Below, piece after piece: positions 1 to 13,671 of a DNA stretch of 64,000 nucleotides. Under the pieces are notes generated by a model. The model did not search any database. It had not been told where the DNA came from and was given only the letters and a program-made list of their open reading frames with translations. Source of the stretch: Chiloscyllium plagiosum (lineage: Eukaryota); assembly GCF_004010195.1 (NCBI RefSeq), contig NC_057751.1, positions 13,404,711 to 13,468,710 of the forward strand, read 5' to 3'. Within the stretch, counting starts at the first letter, position 1. The number at the start of each line of letters is the position of its first letter. The translations under genes were made by a program, and so were the position numbers.

Positions 1-172
1 TCCAGAGAGAGAGCCAGAGAGAGAGCCAGAGAGAGAGCCAGAGAGAGAGAGAGAGAGGGGGCGAGAGAGAGAGAGAGGGGGCGAGAGAGAGAGAGAGGGG
101 GCGAGAGAGAAGAGAGGTAGAGAGAAAAGAGGTAGAGAGAAGAGAGAAAGAAAGAGAAAGAGAGAGCAAGAC
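1..172. repeat. GA-rich microsatellite / low-complexity purine tract
   Basis: (GA)n runs with CCAGAGAGAGAG and GGGGGCGAGAGA sub-repeats. Confidence 0.95.
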
Positions 173-1294
173 CGAGTGTGACACTTCTGCATGGTACTGT
201 GGCTTGAATCTCCTGGGTGGGTTGATTTGAGGTTCAAGTCCTCCGCACCATGCTGAGCTTCAAGCTTTCTCTGTGTAATTGGGATTCCGGCTGTCTGTGT
301 TTAAGTAAGCTTTGAGCCTTCTGTGTTTAAATGGGATTCGAGGTCTCTGTGTTTCAGTCGGTTCATGCCCCCATGAGGACTAAAGGGAGAAAGGGGTTAA
401 AGACCCCTCATGGTGAAATTTGAGGCTCTGCGAGTCTTTGTTCTGGGGAAGAGAGTGGCTTGGATTGTGGTGCCATGTGGTCAGTCTAACTTCAGTGAAA
501 GGATGCAAAAAAAAACAAGAAACGCTGAAATTAAGGTTGTACTCGTACTTAGGTTGAAGGAGGGAAGTTTCAATGTAAATTGCGCCATGCTGAGTGTTTG
601 ATGTTTAAATGTTTTGGTTTGTTAAAATACTGGTTCAGAAAATCCCTTTAAGTAACTGTTTTGCCTTGTTTCAATCAGGATTGTAATTCAGTGTGTTTTG
701 TGGGCTGTGTAATGGGGCAGATATTGTTTTTACACTTAAAAAAGGACATAATATTGTACAATTTCAAAAAAAATTATCAAATTTATACCTTTAAACAAAT
801 TGTTTGAGTGCCTTGAGCCCTCGATGTGTTTGAAATTCTACAATGCCTGTTTAGAAAGAAACAGTTGGTCAGTGGTCATGCTTTAACCAGATAAGAGTAT
901 TGTATTAAAATATCTTTGCTGCTGTGTTTTTAATGCAGAGAATTCACAAAAAGAGTGCATTTTTAGTTTGATGTTTTGCTAAGATTGGAGAGAATATTAG
1001 AGCTTGAGGCTGAGCTGTTTCAGTTCTGTTAGTTATTGTTAAGACTCCACTGGCCCCTTCATATTGCAAGTTCAAAGAATGTCAAAATAGGCAGAAACAA
1101 TTTAGTGTAGTTAAATGTGTGACTGTCTTCATACTGATAACCACTTTGGCAAGGAAGGTACGAGAGGAAATGCAAACATACTTTCAGCAGCCAACATTGT
1201 CTCGGGAGATTCTCCATTCACAGGTAAAGCACACCTTCGAACCACCACCCACCCTCCACAACCTGACCCAACAGATTCAATTAGGTCCTCAGGC

Positions 1295-1606
1295 ATGAGT
1301 ATGTAAAGTGAAGAAATTAACAACAGTGAAAAGGAGCTCTATACACTTTTTGTCAGTGGCCTTCCTACGGACATTGAACCATATAAACTTTTACCTTGTC
1401 TTTTGATCATTTAAGGGTTCACTGATGGTTCACTGATCAAGCTAACGTCACAACAGCCAGTTGGCTTTGTTACATTTAACAACATGGTGGGAGCAGAAAC
1501 AGCAAAGAATGCTGCATTCACCTCGCCTGCTGCACTGCACACTCAGACGCACTGGTATCCTCCGTCTGAAGCATCTCTGCAAGGATGGAAGTCTCGTCAG
1601 TTTTGT
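1295..1606 (+). pseudogene. RBPMS2: Processed pseudogene (retrocopy) of RBPMS2/Hermes RRM RNA-binding protein, with stops, frameshifts and a large internal deletion
   Basis: Translates MSM*SEEINNSEKELYTLFVSGLPTDIEP..FKG..GSLIKLTSQQPVGFVTFNNMVGAETAKNA|AFTSPAALHTQTHWYPPSEASLQGWKSRQFC. This matches the RBPMS-family RRM start (TLFVSGLP, GSLIKLT, QPVGFV) and C-terminus (WYPPSEA..GWKSRQFC). There are no introns. GFVTF and WYP favour RBPMS2 over RBPMS. Confidence 0.88.
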
Positions 1607-1919
1607 GGACCATTTAACTGCCCTTATCAAAGAAATCAGATTTTTCAGAGGAGTGATGCAAGAACAGACTAAATTATTTTTTTTAAGGTTTGACTTTACT
1701 GAAGGAGATCTTGGAGAACTGGCTCATTTCTACTGGACTTGGAGGGGATAGAGTGGTCACTAAGGGCTGTGGACTTAAGAACTTTACTGGTGAATTTTTT
1801 TTCTACATGGTAGGATTCTTCAAATTCTAATTACTTTAACAGACTAGTAAATTTTGTTGTTATAATCATTGTATACTGTGTGTCAATAACTTGCTTAAAT
1901 ACTGGCAGCCAGAGTCTTA

Positions 1920-2455
1920 TGAAAGCTGGTAGTGCCATCTCTGTGGTTACCATGAAACAATAAAAGGAAGGAATGGGAATGTGTGTAGGGTAATAAGCAG
2001 GCAGGGAAAGAGTTAAGTTCTGAGTTTTGTGAAACAAGGGGTTTAGCTGAGCATGACTCAGATCAGACAAGAACTTACAGGTAACAAAGGTGCTGGAGGC
2101 AAGGGTAATGGGTTAACAAGGTGGAAAACCAGTCATCATGTACAGCCATTTAACAATATTGGAAGCATTCAATATTCAAGGTTAGCTAACAAGAGGAAAA
2201 GTATCCAGTCAACAAGGTTAAGAACATTCATTGTATAACAGAAAAATGCTTAGTCTCTGCGATTGATACATATTAATTGGGTGACCATTACAATCAATGA
2301 GTATGTTGCCTTATCTGGATGCTCCTTCCTGTGAAATGACTATATAGTTAATTGAGAAACTGTTGTTCCAGAGAAGACTCCTGTCCCTGTGCACACAGGC
2401 GATGGTTCTCTCTCCCTCCTAGGCCCGGAAGAAAGATGAAGGAGGTAAAACTACA
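1920..2455 (+). mobile_element. Possible solo LTR
   Basis: TG...CA-bounded ~535 bp block with TATA-like TATATA and internal short repeats; TTATG occurs at 1917-1921 and 2456-2460; boundaries ambiguous. Confidence 0.35.
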
Positions 2456-3004
2456 TTATGTCTCTGAGCGTTTTGCTTCGACTGAGGTGGTGGTGGTGGT
2501 GGTGTGGGGAGGGTTTCAGATAGGTTAAGTTATTCTGTATTTTGTTCTCTTTTGTTTGGGTTGAATTCGGTAATCTTGAAAATAAATTGTTTGGTTTAAC
2601 ACGAGGTGGTTTGACCAGCAGCATCGTTCCTTGAATACCCACCTTATACCTGCTTAAACTAAACTAGTGAAGTTAGGATCTGAGCCACTTTCTTGGAATG
2701 CCTGTTCCATAACATGCCTCTCTACTCAGTGTTGAAAAATTTATTTACATGACTTTGTCATAATGCAATGATTAGGTCAGAATATGTTCAGTGACCTTGT
2801 GACCCCAGCTCAATTAACAAGAGTTTGAACTAGAGATATTAAAATGCAGCCTTCAACAAGCATATTTAAAAGGAGCTTTCTGATGGCAGCAGACCATTGT
2901 TGCATTTATGTTGACCATCTGTGTTCTTTTGAGAACTATTCCAAAATTGTTTGAGCAGCTATTCTAGTTAATCAATTTTCATTTGGGAATTGTAATTTAG
3001 ATGA

Positions 3005-3323
3005 GATTATTAGATTACCTACAGCATGGAAACAGGCCCTTTGAGCCCAACAAGTCCACATCGACCCTCCGAAGAGTAACGCACCCAGTCTCATTTACCT
3101 CTGACTAATACACCAAACACTATGGGTAATTTAACATGGCCAATTCACCTCACCTGCACATCTTTGGACTGTGGGAGGAAACCGGAGCATCCAGAGGAAA
3201 CCCACAGAGACACAGGGAGAATGTCTGTGTGGAGTTTGCACACAGTCACCCAAGGCTGGAATTGAATCTGGGACCAGAGAACTGTGAAGCAGCAGTGCTA
3301 ACCACCGAGCCACCGTGCCGCCC
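3005..3323 (-). mobile_element. HE1-like tRNA-derived V-SINE
   Basis: Reverse complement GGGCGGCACGGTGGCTCGGTGGTTAGCACTGCTG (A box), central GTGGGTTTCCTC..GATGCTCCGGTTTCCTCCCACAGTCCAAAGATGTGCAGG domain, CR1-like tail. Confidence 0.9.
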
Positions 3324-4679
3324 CGAAAAATCTGAAGATTTTTAAACACTATTGCAATCTTCTCAGCTTTCTCAAATAAAAGTGACTGCAGGTGTCTAGT
3401 TATGTGAAGAAAATAAAGTTCCAATCTCACCAGACCATCCTCCCCCAATAAAGATATTTTGACTGTTTTCATATTACAAGACATGACATTAACTGACAAA
3501 GACCACATTTTTTCAGCACAGGCACTCATTCCACAAGTCTAAACAAAATGTTTTTAACAATGATGTGCGTGTGTGTTGGGTTTTGCACAACCTGCCCTTT
3601 TCTCCGTTCTTTGTCAATGTGCCAGGAATCCAATTTTTTTTTTAAACTTATACAGAACTTTGCATGGAGTACCTTTTTTGCCCCAAAATTCAAGAAATGA
3701 AGAATAAAGGTTATTTGGGAAGTTTACCACAAATAGTAATGTTTAACATAGTGTTCTACCGGAAATCAGTACAGGAATTAATATGGGAAATGGAAAAACA
3801 TAATTAAGGTCAAAAAGAAATAGCAGTTGCACATCTTGCCAAATATGCTGAAAGAATGAAGTTCTTTGTTTGGGTTAAAAAAATTCTTAGTTTATGGTTG
3901 TATACAAATACCTGGAAACCAAAGTGCAATCATATAATGTCACTGGCTGACAGTTTAATTTGTTACTAGAAATGGACAACTGATGAATATGGTTTATTAA
4001 TTGTTCGTGTGAATCATTGAAGTCTGTTCGGAGTTCAAGACAGGAAATGTTACTATCCAAAAAGGTACATATATACCTAAGATAACACAAATAACCTTTC
4101 TGAAACATACAATTCCGTTGTATAATTAATAACAAGTATTAACAGTAACGATAAGATTGCATCGAAATTTCTGAAACATTTGGTGGAACATAAACTCCCA
4201 CAAAGAGGCACATTTTCAATGCTGTCTTACAAAAGGGATTCTTAAGACTCGTTTATTGAAAGCAGTCAATTTATCACTTAAACATTGGAGAAATTCATAA
4301 AGATGCTTTGGAGACCCATATCTTAAGAGGTGAATTCAAATCCATGCAAAGCTGGTTAAGTCATTAGACCTTCTTAAAAATCACTGTGCGATGCCAGACG
4401 AGGGATGTGAACAGATTTGTCGTACTTTTCCTCCCAGCACGATCAAAAAGTTGGGCATGAATAATTTTTGGAACAAAACTTTGAAGTCAAAGTTGTGATT
4501 GGAGATATGTAAAATTAAATTTTCTCTTCTGCGTATCCTTCATATGCAAGAAATATAAAAGAAAATCTATTACATTAAGTCCTTCAGGAATTATGCCTTT
4601 GAAATTATTGCAGTTCACCTTCCCCCTCCCCCCATTTGCATTAGTTCCATTGATATGAGAAACCTAACAATGGACATAA

Positions 4680-5020
4680 TGAGGAACTGCTATAGACTGT
4701 CATCTTATACAACAACACCCACAGTGCTGTTAGAAAGTGAGTTCCACAATTTTGATCAGCAACAGTAAAGCAACAGTGATCTAGTTCCAAGACAGGATGG
4801 TGTGTGGCTGCAATAGGAACACGATAGGTAAGTCTGCTGCTATTACCAAATTCAAGTAGGAAAGATACAGTTATGGAAGCTGTTCTTGAATGAGCCTTAG
4901 TAGTTGTTGCAGGATATCTTGCAGATGGTATATACTCCTGCCACTCAGCATTGGTCATGGAGTGAATGAATATTTAAGATGTCGAATGGGGTTCCGATCA
5001 AGCATGCTGCCTTGTCTGCA
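4680..5020 (-). mobile_element. Old CR1/L2-type LINE 3' fragment
   Basis: Homologous to 63490-64000 (GCAACAGTAAAGCAACAGTGATCTAGTTCCAAGACAGGATGG motif). Confidence 0.55.
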
Positions 5021-5937
5021 CAAGTGTTAAAATTGGGATATCTGGTCAGCACGGACGGGTTGGACCAAAGGGTCTGTTTCCATGCTGCACATCTCTATGA
5101 CAAGCAGGAGGCTGGAAGAACACAGTAAACCGGGCCGCATCAGATGGAGAAGTCAACGTTTCCAGTTTAACCCTCTCTCTAACTTAATTTGGAAGATTTG
5201 CTCTCGACTCTGACTCTCCAGCATGTGCAGTCCTCACTTTCACCTATAGGTACTAGGTAGTTGACCTTCTCGTTCCTTGGGTCCCAAAAGCTACAGAGTT
5301 GAATGGGTCAGCAAGGAAAGTTGAATCTGACTACATTGTTGAAAGTTAAAAAGAAATTGAATATTCAATTTGTAATTGGTTTAACAAATGTTGCAAAATG
5401 AGGGGAAAAAAAGTGAATTTCAGAAATGTGGCTTAGATTAGTTTAAAGATTGTGGCTGATCCCATTGGGCAAATCTGTTCTAATTATTCAAAGTTCATGT
5501 GTAGAGAAACAATGATGTCCAGGTGCTACAATTCACAGGAGCATAATAAAACCAAATATAACACCAAGGCACAGAAGGAGTTCAGGTGAAATGACCAACA
5601 GTTTGGTGAAACAGGTTGGTTTTAAGCAATGATGAGAAAGACATAAGAAAGTAGAGAGATGTAAGGGAAAGCACACAACCTTGGTCACTGAAAACACAGC
5701 CAGCAGGCCGGAGGCAATCAATATCAAAGCTGCTCAAGAGGCTGGAACTTAAGGTCAGGGATCGTGCAGTGTAGGGCAGCTGGTGAAGATTGTACAAATA
5801 GAGTGGGCCAAGGTGTGGAAGGGCTTGAATAAATAGAAGTTGACTTTTCCTGATGTCAAGTACTTCCCAATCAAAATCAGATGTACTGAAATTCAAAACA
5901 AAAATCATGACCGTTTAGGGTACAAGCAATCATTTAA

Positions 5938-6537
5938 TGTTATGGACCAGGACAGCCCCTCAAAACATTTCAAAAAGGAAGCCCAGATCCTAATTTGGCT
6001 GTTATTTTTAAGCAGTGAATATTCCAGGAGAAATGCCACTGGTCAAACCATTTAAACAAAACCAAAAAAAAAACTTACAACATTATTGAATGAAACACAA
6101 ACCACACAAAACAGAATACCTTAACCTATCTGAAAACCCAACAGATGTCAACTTAATGATGCTGTTCCAAATACTTGCTACAATCCCCATAAACAGCCCT
6201 TGGCACAAAATGTAAAATCAAACACAAGTTCTTACAGGAGAGGAGAGAAGTCAGAGAGAATGTATCACCCTGGATCGGTTTTTTTGGTCCAGCAGCTTCC
6301 CCCTCTGCCCTCCCCCCCGCAAAAAAAAACAAACCAGACAAAAGCTGAGCTGGGAGAATTGTACAAGGTTTTTTTTAAACTTTGAAGCCTTCTGCCCGAG
6401 GCAGTATCTGTTAGCTATTATCAAATTATTCCTAAAAAGCAACACCCCGGACTTTTCGGAGTCTGTGTCATTTACGACCTCTCAAAAATAAAACCCCAAG
6501 GACTGCATAACCTTGTGAAAGGAGCAGCTTTGTCACA
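5938..6537 (-). mobile_element. Solo LTR (600 bp) with TTAA target-site duplication
   Basis: TGTTATGG...TGTCACA termini; TTAA at 5934-5937 and 6538-6541; homologous to 41918-42541 and 47666-49974. Confidence 0.85.
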
Positions 6538-7460
6538 TTAAGCCAATTATATTTTGCTTGAATTATGGAAATTTAAGTTTCAATTCTTTGAACTATAATG
6601 AACAGATAGAAAATCAATCATTATTCTGGTCTAACTATTGACAGCATCCTGCATTGTGTCCCCTAACACATTACACATTAAATAGCTGAAGGACTGAGAT
6701 AACACTTATGAATTCAAACAAATGTACTGGCTCACAATCGTAACCATGATGGAAGATATAAAATTTTCCATTTGTTTATGTTTGCTGGTACAGACTTGGG
6801 CCTCTTCTGCAGTGTATAATTCTACGATCAACATTTTAAGTTTAATAATTGCACCCATTTGAAGTAAACTGGAAACATTTACATTTGACATGCATCATTA
6901 AGTTGCTATGATTACATGACTCCTTGTCACAAAGTACTTGCAGGCTTGGACTTAAATCAGCCCATGTTGGGACTTGTTCTTGTTGCCAAAGTACATGCAA
7001 TTCGGTTTCAGGTCAACGGTATCTCTCCAGCTAATTGACTGTGGGAGATCCAGTGATGGCAATGCCACTCAATGTCATGGGGAGATGATTAGATTCTCCG
7101 GTTGGTGATGTCATTGCCTTGTATTTGTAGGGCACAGATGTTTGTTCCCACTCATCAGCTGAAGCCTGAAGATTGTCTCAGTCTTGCTGTAAATTACTTC
7201 TGTGCATGAAGAGTTGCCATAGTTCTCAATGTTGTCCAACTGTCAATAAACATCCCAATTTTGACATTAATGAAGAAAGGAAAGTCATTGCTCGAACATC
7301 TAAAGGTGGTGCACCTCAGATACTGTGCTGAGAAAACAGGGATTCTTTTGATGCAGTGGTAATGTCCTTACCTCTAAACAGGTTCAAGTCCAAAGTGGTC
7401 TGGAGGGGTGTCACAGCATCTCTATGGAAGCTGATTATGAATAACCTCTTGACCAGGAGG

Positions 7461-7812
7461 ATCATAGAATCCCTAGTGTGGAAACAGGCCAATTGGCCCA
7501 ATAAGTTCACACCGACCATCCAAAGAGTAATCCACCCAGACCGATTTCCCTACCCTGTTACTCTACATTAACTCCTGACTAATGCACCTAACCTACACAC
7601 TTCTGAACACTCTGGGCAATTTAGCATGGCTAATTCACCTAACCTGCATATCTTTGGACTATGGGAGGAAACCAGAGCACCCAGAGGAAACCTACACAAA
7701 CATGAGGAGAATGTGCAAACTCCACACAGACAGTCACCCGAGGCTGGAATCAAACTCTGGTCCCTAGCACGGTGGAGGCAGCTGTGCTAACTACTAAGCC
7801 ACTATGCCATCT
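7461..7812 (-). mobile_element. HE1-like SINE
   Basis: Same V-domain and tail as 3005-3323. Confidence 0.85.
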
Positions 7813-7877
7813 AAAATGTTCCAGTGTAATTAAAAGATGTGAATTGCCGTACTTTTAGGAACTCCTGCAGTATTGCC

Positions 7878-8082
7878 TGTGTTGCTGGAAAAGCACAGCT
7901 GGTCAGGCAGCATCCAAGGAGAATCGATGTTTTGAGCATAAGCTCTTCGTCAGGAATGCCTTAAAGAGATTATACTCAAAACGTCAGCTCTCCTGCTGCA
8001 CGGATGCTGCCTGACCGGCTGTGCATTTCCAGCACTACACTTTTTGACTGATCTACAACAGCTGCAGTCCTCACTTTCTCCT
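7878..8082. mobile_element. Old fold-back Penelope terminal-repeat insertion (family A)
   Basis: TGTTGCTGGAAAAGCACAGC..GGCAGCATCC left arm and its reverse complement right arm, ending CTGCAGTCCTCACTTTCTCC. Confidence 0.75.
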
Positions 8083-11000
8083 ATTAAGACTACCTGGCCT
8101 CCAAAACAAATTATATGTGCTGTGCATTCTTCTCATAGCAGCATTTGACCAAATGTGGATAATGTCAAAGACTATCACCCTCCTTTCATTGAGTTCAGCT
8201 CTTTGTCTATGATTATGCCCATGTTGTACTACTGTCTGAGTCAATTGGCCCAAGTGAAACTTCAACCTGCTCTTTGCTCCATTTTCTCTGTGCAAGTGTT
8301 ACTTGATAACATTGTCAATGACATCTTCCACCACTTTGCTCATAATAGAGAGTTGGCTTAAGGGACAGCAATTGGGTGGACAGGAATTGGGTGGACAGGA
8401 CAGATTTAGGGCTCTGTGCTGCAATGGTAGTGTCCCCATCTCTGGACAAGGATACGCAGATTCAGGCTCCATTTACTTCAGAGGTGTGGAATAATACCTC
8501 CGAACAGGTTGATTAGAAGATATCTCAGAACAAATTTAAGTAACTTCCCTAACATCAGGTTGATACCAGCATCATAGCTGTTCTGCAATGGATTGGCCAG
8601 CGACAAAGCTAATTCTGCAAAACAAATCTTTACTATTTGCCCAACAAATTTATGGACTTTGCAGGATCCAGTGCCTTCAGCTGTTTCATAATATCACACC
8701 AAGTGAATCAAATTGGCTGAAGATCGGCATCCGAGATCGCACCACAATGTCAAATGGATTAACCTATTCAGTCCTTCCGACTGATGACCGTTCCAAATGC
8801 TTCAATGCACCGGTCTCCTCGGAGGATAGAAATAATTAGAGTATTCTCCTGTTAGTTTTTTTAACACTTGTACACCACGATTCATGCCACTGTAAAGCTT
8901 CAATCAGATCTATTTGTTGTGAGATAGCTTAGATTTGTCAGTCACATTCCGTTTCCACTGTTTGGCATGTCAATATTGTGGAGCTTCATAAGGTTGACAT
9001 GGGGCTGTTCCTGACATGCCTTCTGGCAATCTTCATTGAAGAACAATTGTTCCCTTGACTTGATGATAAATAGAGTGGAGAAAATGCCAGGCCATGGGAG
9101 GACAGTTGAATGCAACTCTACTGATGATGGTCAACATCATTTCATGTATGCCCAGTTTTGACCAGCTGTACTGGTTCTCAATCTACATTATTTAGCATAG
9201 TCGTGGCACAACGCAACATGCTGGAACTTAAGTTTAGGGTATCCCCAGTTCAGCAAGGCAAAACAGTATGAACATAACACAATCAACAGGCCATGGCCTT
9301 CTCTCATAGTTTCGCACATCAGACTGTCGATCAACAGCAGCATGAAGAAACAAGTTAACGGTCCAAAATAAAAGGGGTGGAAGTTCTCTCTCAATTTTGT
9401 TGGATATTTTTAGACATTTCTAGCCCAATATTAGGTTGCTGTCTTTCTTACCTCAAGGTTGCTACACCTCATGTTGACTGAACACAAAGTATCCTGATGG
9501 GTTTCTGAAATTGATATTAGGCCCCTTAAGTTAGTAAGGGCTGAAAGCCAATTTTAGGCCTCTTCCAAGAAGGTGGTTCATGCAAAGTATACTAGGTATC
9601 AAGACTGCAGTGAAAATTAAAAATCCTTTACATTTTTTTTTAAAAACAGGAGTATAACCCCTCTACCCCACCTCTACACAGTGCCATCTGTTCACAACTT
9701 ATTTTTGTTTACATGTTTCTTTCATTTTAACGACTAACTGGCATTAACTATGTTATTCCACTTGTCTTTTAAAAAAAAAGAAATGCTGAAGTCTATCTCA
9801 ATTGAAAAAGAAATCCAAAACTTCAAGCACTGACTAATATGACCAATAGCAGGGAATTGTGACTTAAATCTGTCATGAATTTCCATTTCCACCTTCCCAC
9901 CCCCCCCAAATCCCATCATTTTTGAATGGATTTCTCTCATAAAAAAAGCATCAGTGGTGGCATTCTCCAACCTGATCTCCATATTGTGTCACTGTCAACA
10001 GCCCTGGGAACAGATGAATGACCCTGCTGCTACTTCCCAGACAAAGGATTCATTGCGGCTGGTGCTGCGGACACAGCAGAGGTCCCTGATGGCCTGTCCC
10101 ATTTTTGCCTGCACCGCCACTTCTTTTTCCGTCTGACTAAGCAGAAGCCTAGGTAGATTCTCACTGTCTTCCGCGGCATTGAACGATTAGCAGACACAGA
10201 AAGCCACTCCTGTGCCTTTGACAATGGAAACAGGTCAGATTTCTGATTGCATTTACAGCAGCTTCATGCAGGAGTATCTCATGAAAACGTCAATATACTT
10301 GGACATAAACAATTATTGTTCAGCTGTATCCCAGACTAATCAGGGTAAGATTCTTAGTTCATGAATGTGTTTGACAGATGACCATCTCTTACTCCAGCTC
10401 CTTTGTTTCATCAAATGGCTAATGAAAACATTGCATAAGCATTTGACTCTCCTCTTCGTTTAACACTTAGTTTATTAACAAAGGAGCAAAACACCTTGGT
10501 AGCTATTACTACACAACAATAAATTAGATCTCAATTAAAACTCCCCTTATTTCAATAGTATGGAAAGTTCATAATACCCTTACATCCTTCTAACAAACCA
10601 GCTTTGCTATGATTAACAACCTCATAATAATCTGAATTAAATATGGTTAATAGCTGTCACATTTCAGTAAAACATATAAAATTGTTTGTATGTTGGATAA
10701 AGAATTAATATTTCACATGTTCTGACACAGTTTAGGAGTTTAAGGACACCAACGATACCCAGTAGGGTGCAGTCAACAAAACGAGCAGATATTTTTAAAA
10801 CAACCTTGCTGAGATAACACAACCAAATAGATTGGGGAAAAGTTCAACATTCCAAAGATATTTATTTGTAAAGCCTCTCTAATAATATATTACTGCAACA
10901 TGTTAAACAAATTAAGGCAACACTCTCAAAACTTGAAACAATATTAAATCGTTTAAGTGAATTTCAAGCGATCTGCTGAAATATTAAAGTACTGCTTATA

Positions 11001-11499
11001 ATGATTCCCAGTAAATTCAAGACATGACAGGCAGAAAAAATACAGCTTTCAACATAGCAAGCATTTAAATCTTGTGGTTTCAGTGAAAGTACCAGGAAAA
11101 CAGGTTTTAGGGCTTATTTTCTATTTCCGACATCGAAAAACCAAAACAAACATACCACCGGAATAAAAAGGCAAGCAAAACGTACTTACATCTTACAAGT
11201 CCAAAAAAAAAATTACAAAATGAAGGACTTAAAGGAAGCTGAACCATGTAGAGTCCTGTGTAAATGTGATACCACAACTGAGAGCAGAAAGCAGGAAGCA
11301 GTGATATGGTTAGTTATTCAGCCTACATACACCTCCCCCACCCCCATCCTAACAGCTGTAGGGGCCATTATCCCTATCACACAGCGCACGTACATAGTCC
11401 AAACAAAAAGTGCTTCTCAGTACGATTAGGTCTGCCTGTGAAACAAATAAAAAAAGGAGTAAAAACAAAACCTATTCTATTAAATCCTTGTCGTGCTTA

Positions 11500-11900
11500 A
11501 CCAGTACTACGTGGTCTTATGATCTGAGGAAGCGCCAGTATTATTTTTTCCTTCAGTCTGCAGTTCACATCCTGAGTATTCATGTTTGATTAGATTGTAA
11601 ATCTTTAAAAGCCTCAGCAAAGAAGGCGTGTTTAAAGGGACTGTGAATGCGAAATAGAGGCTCTGCCCTTTTGAAAAAAATAGCTGGTTCCTCCCTGTGG
11701 GAACTCCAGTAGGAGCGTTGCTATGAGCGCTGCGCTTAACTGATATTGTGCCGTAGCCACTGACGTGAGGAGCTGAACGACAATCCCTTTTTTTAAAAAA
11801 AGCTTCTCAGTGGTCTCTCTGATGTAATCTCAGAATGCCGAACAGCTGATACCAAAGGAATCCACCCAACATACCTCACACATCCAGTCTTGCTGCCAAT
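11500..11900. promoter_or_regulatory. CpG-retaining unique region, possible promoter or enhancer
   Basis: Cluster of CpGs in otherwise CpG-depleted DNA; TGACGTGA (CRE/ATF-like) at 11761-11768; CCAAT at 11896-11900; no repeat similarity seen. Confidence 0.35.
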
Positions 11901-12253
11901 CACATGCCTTGGCATGCTTTAACGCCACAATTTTTGTCCGTTTCTCACTTCAAGGGTTTCTACATAATATGACAAAAATGTTGACTGTCATAATGAGGTT
12001 CCATCTATTTTATGATGTTCACTTAGTGCGAGTTTTTCATTTGACTGACAATTGACATTTGACTGCGTTAACTTCAAGAACACATCTGCCAAATTCGCAC
12101 TTTTCAGTGCATTTTTTTTTGCCAGTGAATACTCGCCATCCAACCCATCTCTGGTACATTCTGATCATTGGTGTTCAGTGATACAGGCATTGTTTTAATA
12201 CCTCCATCACAACATTGTTTACACGTGAGTTTGTTCAAAATGTCAACTTTTTC

Positions 12254-12480
12254 ACACAGACCTGGTGCAAATGTGGAATGAGCTGCCAGAGGAAGAGGTG
12301 GAGGCGAGTACAAATGCAACATTTAAAAGGCATCTGAATGGCTATATGAATAGGAAGGATTTGAAGGGATATGGGCTGGATGCTGGTAGGTGGGACTACA
12401 TTGGGTTGGGATATCTGGTCAGCATGGATAAGTTGAACTGAAGGGTCTGTTTCCGTGCTGTACATCTCTATGACTCTGTC
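12254..12480 (+). mobile_element. CR1 LINE 3' end
   Basis: TTTTCACACAGA..GTGGAATGAGCTGCCAGAGGAAG..ATTTAAAAGGCATCTG and 3' tail TCTATGACTCT. Confidence 0.9.
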
Positions 12481-13671
12481 TTAATTTGCTATGATTGTTT
12501 CTAACACAAAATTCATTGTAGAAGATGAAGATTAATTGGTTCGGGGAACAGACAGGCATTTCTGTGCCCATAGCTCTGACTCCAGGATGGTCTGCTGCCT
12601 TCCTGATGTGGGTCAAGAGAGGAAGGAATGTTTGCAGAATATTTTTCTGGGTGAGCCTGAACAGCCAGAGATCATGGTTCACGTAGACAATAACTTGTGC
12701 AAGAAACAAAGGGCCTGTTTCCACACTGTCAGGATTCTATGAAAAAAAAGCAGGAGATTGAAAAGTAAAATCTCAAAAGCAGTAGTTTCAGAATTACTTC
12801 CAGTCCCACATTCTTATGAAATAACAGAATTGAACATGGGGCTGGACGTGCTACGGAAGAGAGCATCAGATTTCTGACCAATTGGACCTGCCTCTGTTCA
12901 GGTGGGAACTGTTTATTAGTAGGCCAAGGGCTAACATGTTTGCAGTGAGGTTTAAACTAGCTCAAAATGGCATTGGGAACTTGAGTGGGAGCTCAGATTG
13001 AGATAAGAAAAACTAGTAAAAGGAATTAGAAAAGTAGGAAGCAAAAACAGAAGACAGATTAAACACAGGCAAGCATCAAATAGGATTCCATTTCAGAATG
13101 TTAAAAAAAGCAGAGTTAAAGGCACCCAATCCGAATGTATGTAACATTCACAAAAAGCTTGATGATTTGACTGCACAATTTCAGGTTAATCAGTATGATT
13201 TTATTGCTGTTGTGGAGGTGTGATTGCAGGGTGACCGAGATTGGGAACCAATTATCCAAGAATGTCTGGCATTTAGAACAGACAGGAAGAAAGGAAAATG
13301 GTGAGGGTAGCATTCTTAATTCAGAACAAAATCACTTCATACATAAAAGAAATTTTTAGATTGAAGGATCTTAATGTACAATTTGTTTGGCAGAACTAAG
13401 AAACAGCAAAAGACCACAAACATTGGGAGTGTTTGTAACCATCATTGTAATGTCCATCATAATTTAGATAAGGAAACCCGAGATCCAAATAACCTGAGTA
13501 ACAATGGAAAAGTTCAATTTACATGTAAACAGCAAATCAGCATTAATGCTGTGGAGGATGATTTCCTGGAGCATGTAAAGATGGGTTGCTTTGAGCTGTA
13601 TGTTGAGGAGGCATCAAGAGATTAAGTTATTTTGGATTTCATGTTGTGTAATAGGTAAGACATAATTAACA

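Larger units (their letters stand above)
6935..9250 (-). mobile_element. Highly decayed LINE ORF2 fragments, interrupted by a SINE and a PLE
   Basis: Decayed RT-like text on the minus strand, same old family as 4680-5020 and 63490-64000. Confidence 0.45.

Noticed and set aside
10259..10344. Plus-strand exon candidate (SFMQEYLMKTSIYLDINNYCSAVSQTNQG) with good splice sites
   Set aside because: Short, no homology recognised and no compatible partner exon; such pairs occur by chance.
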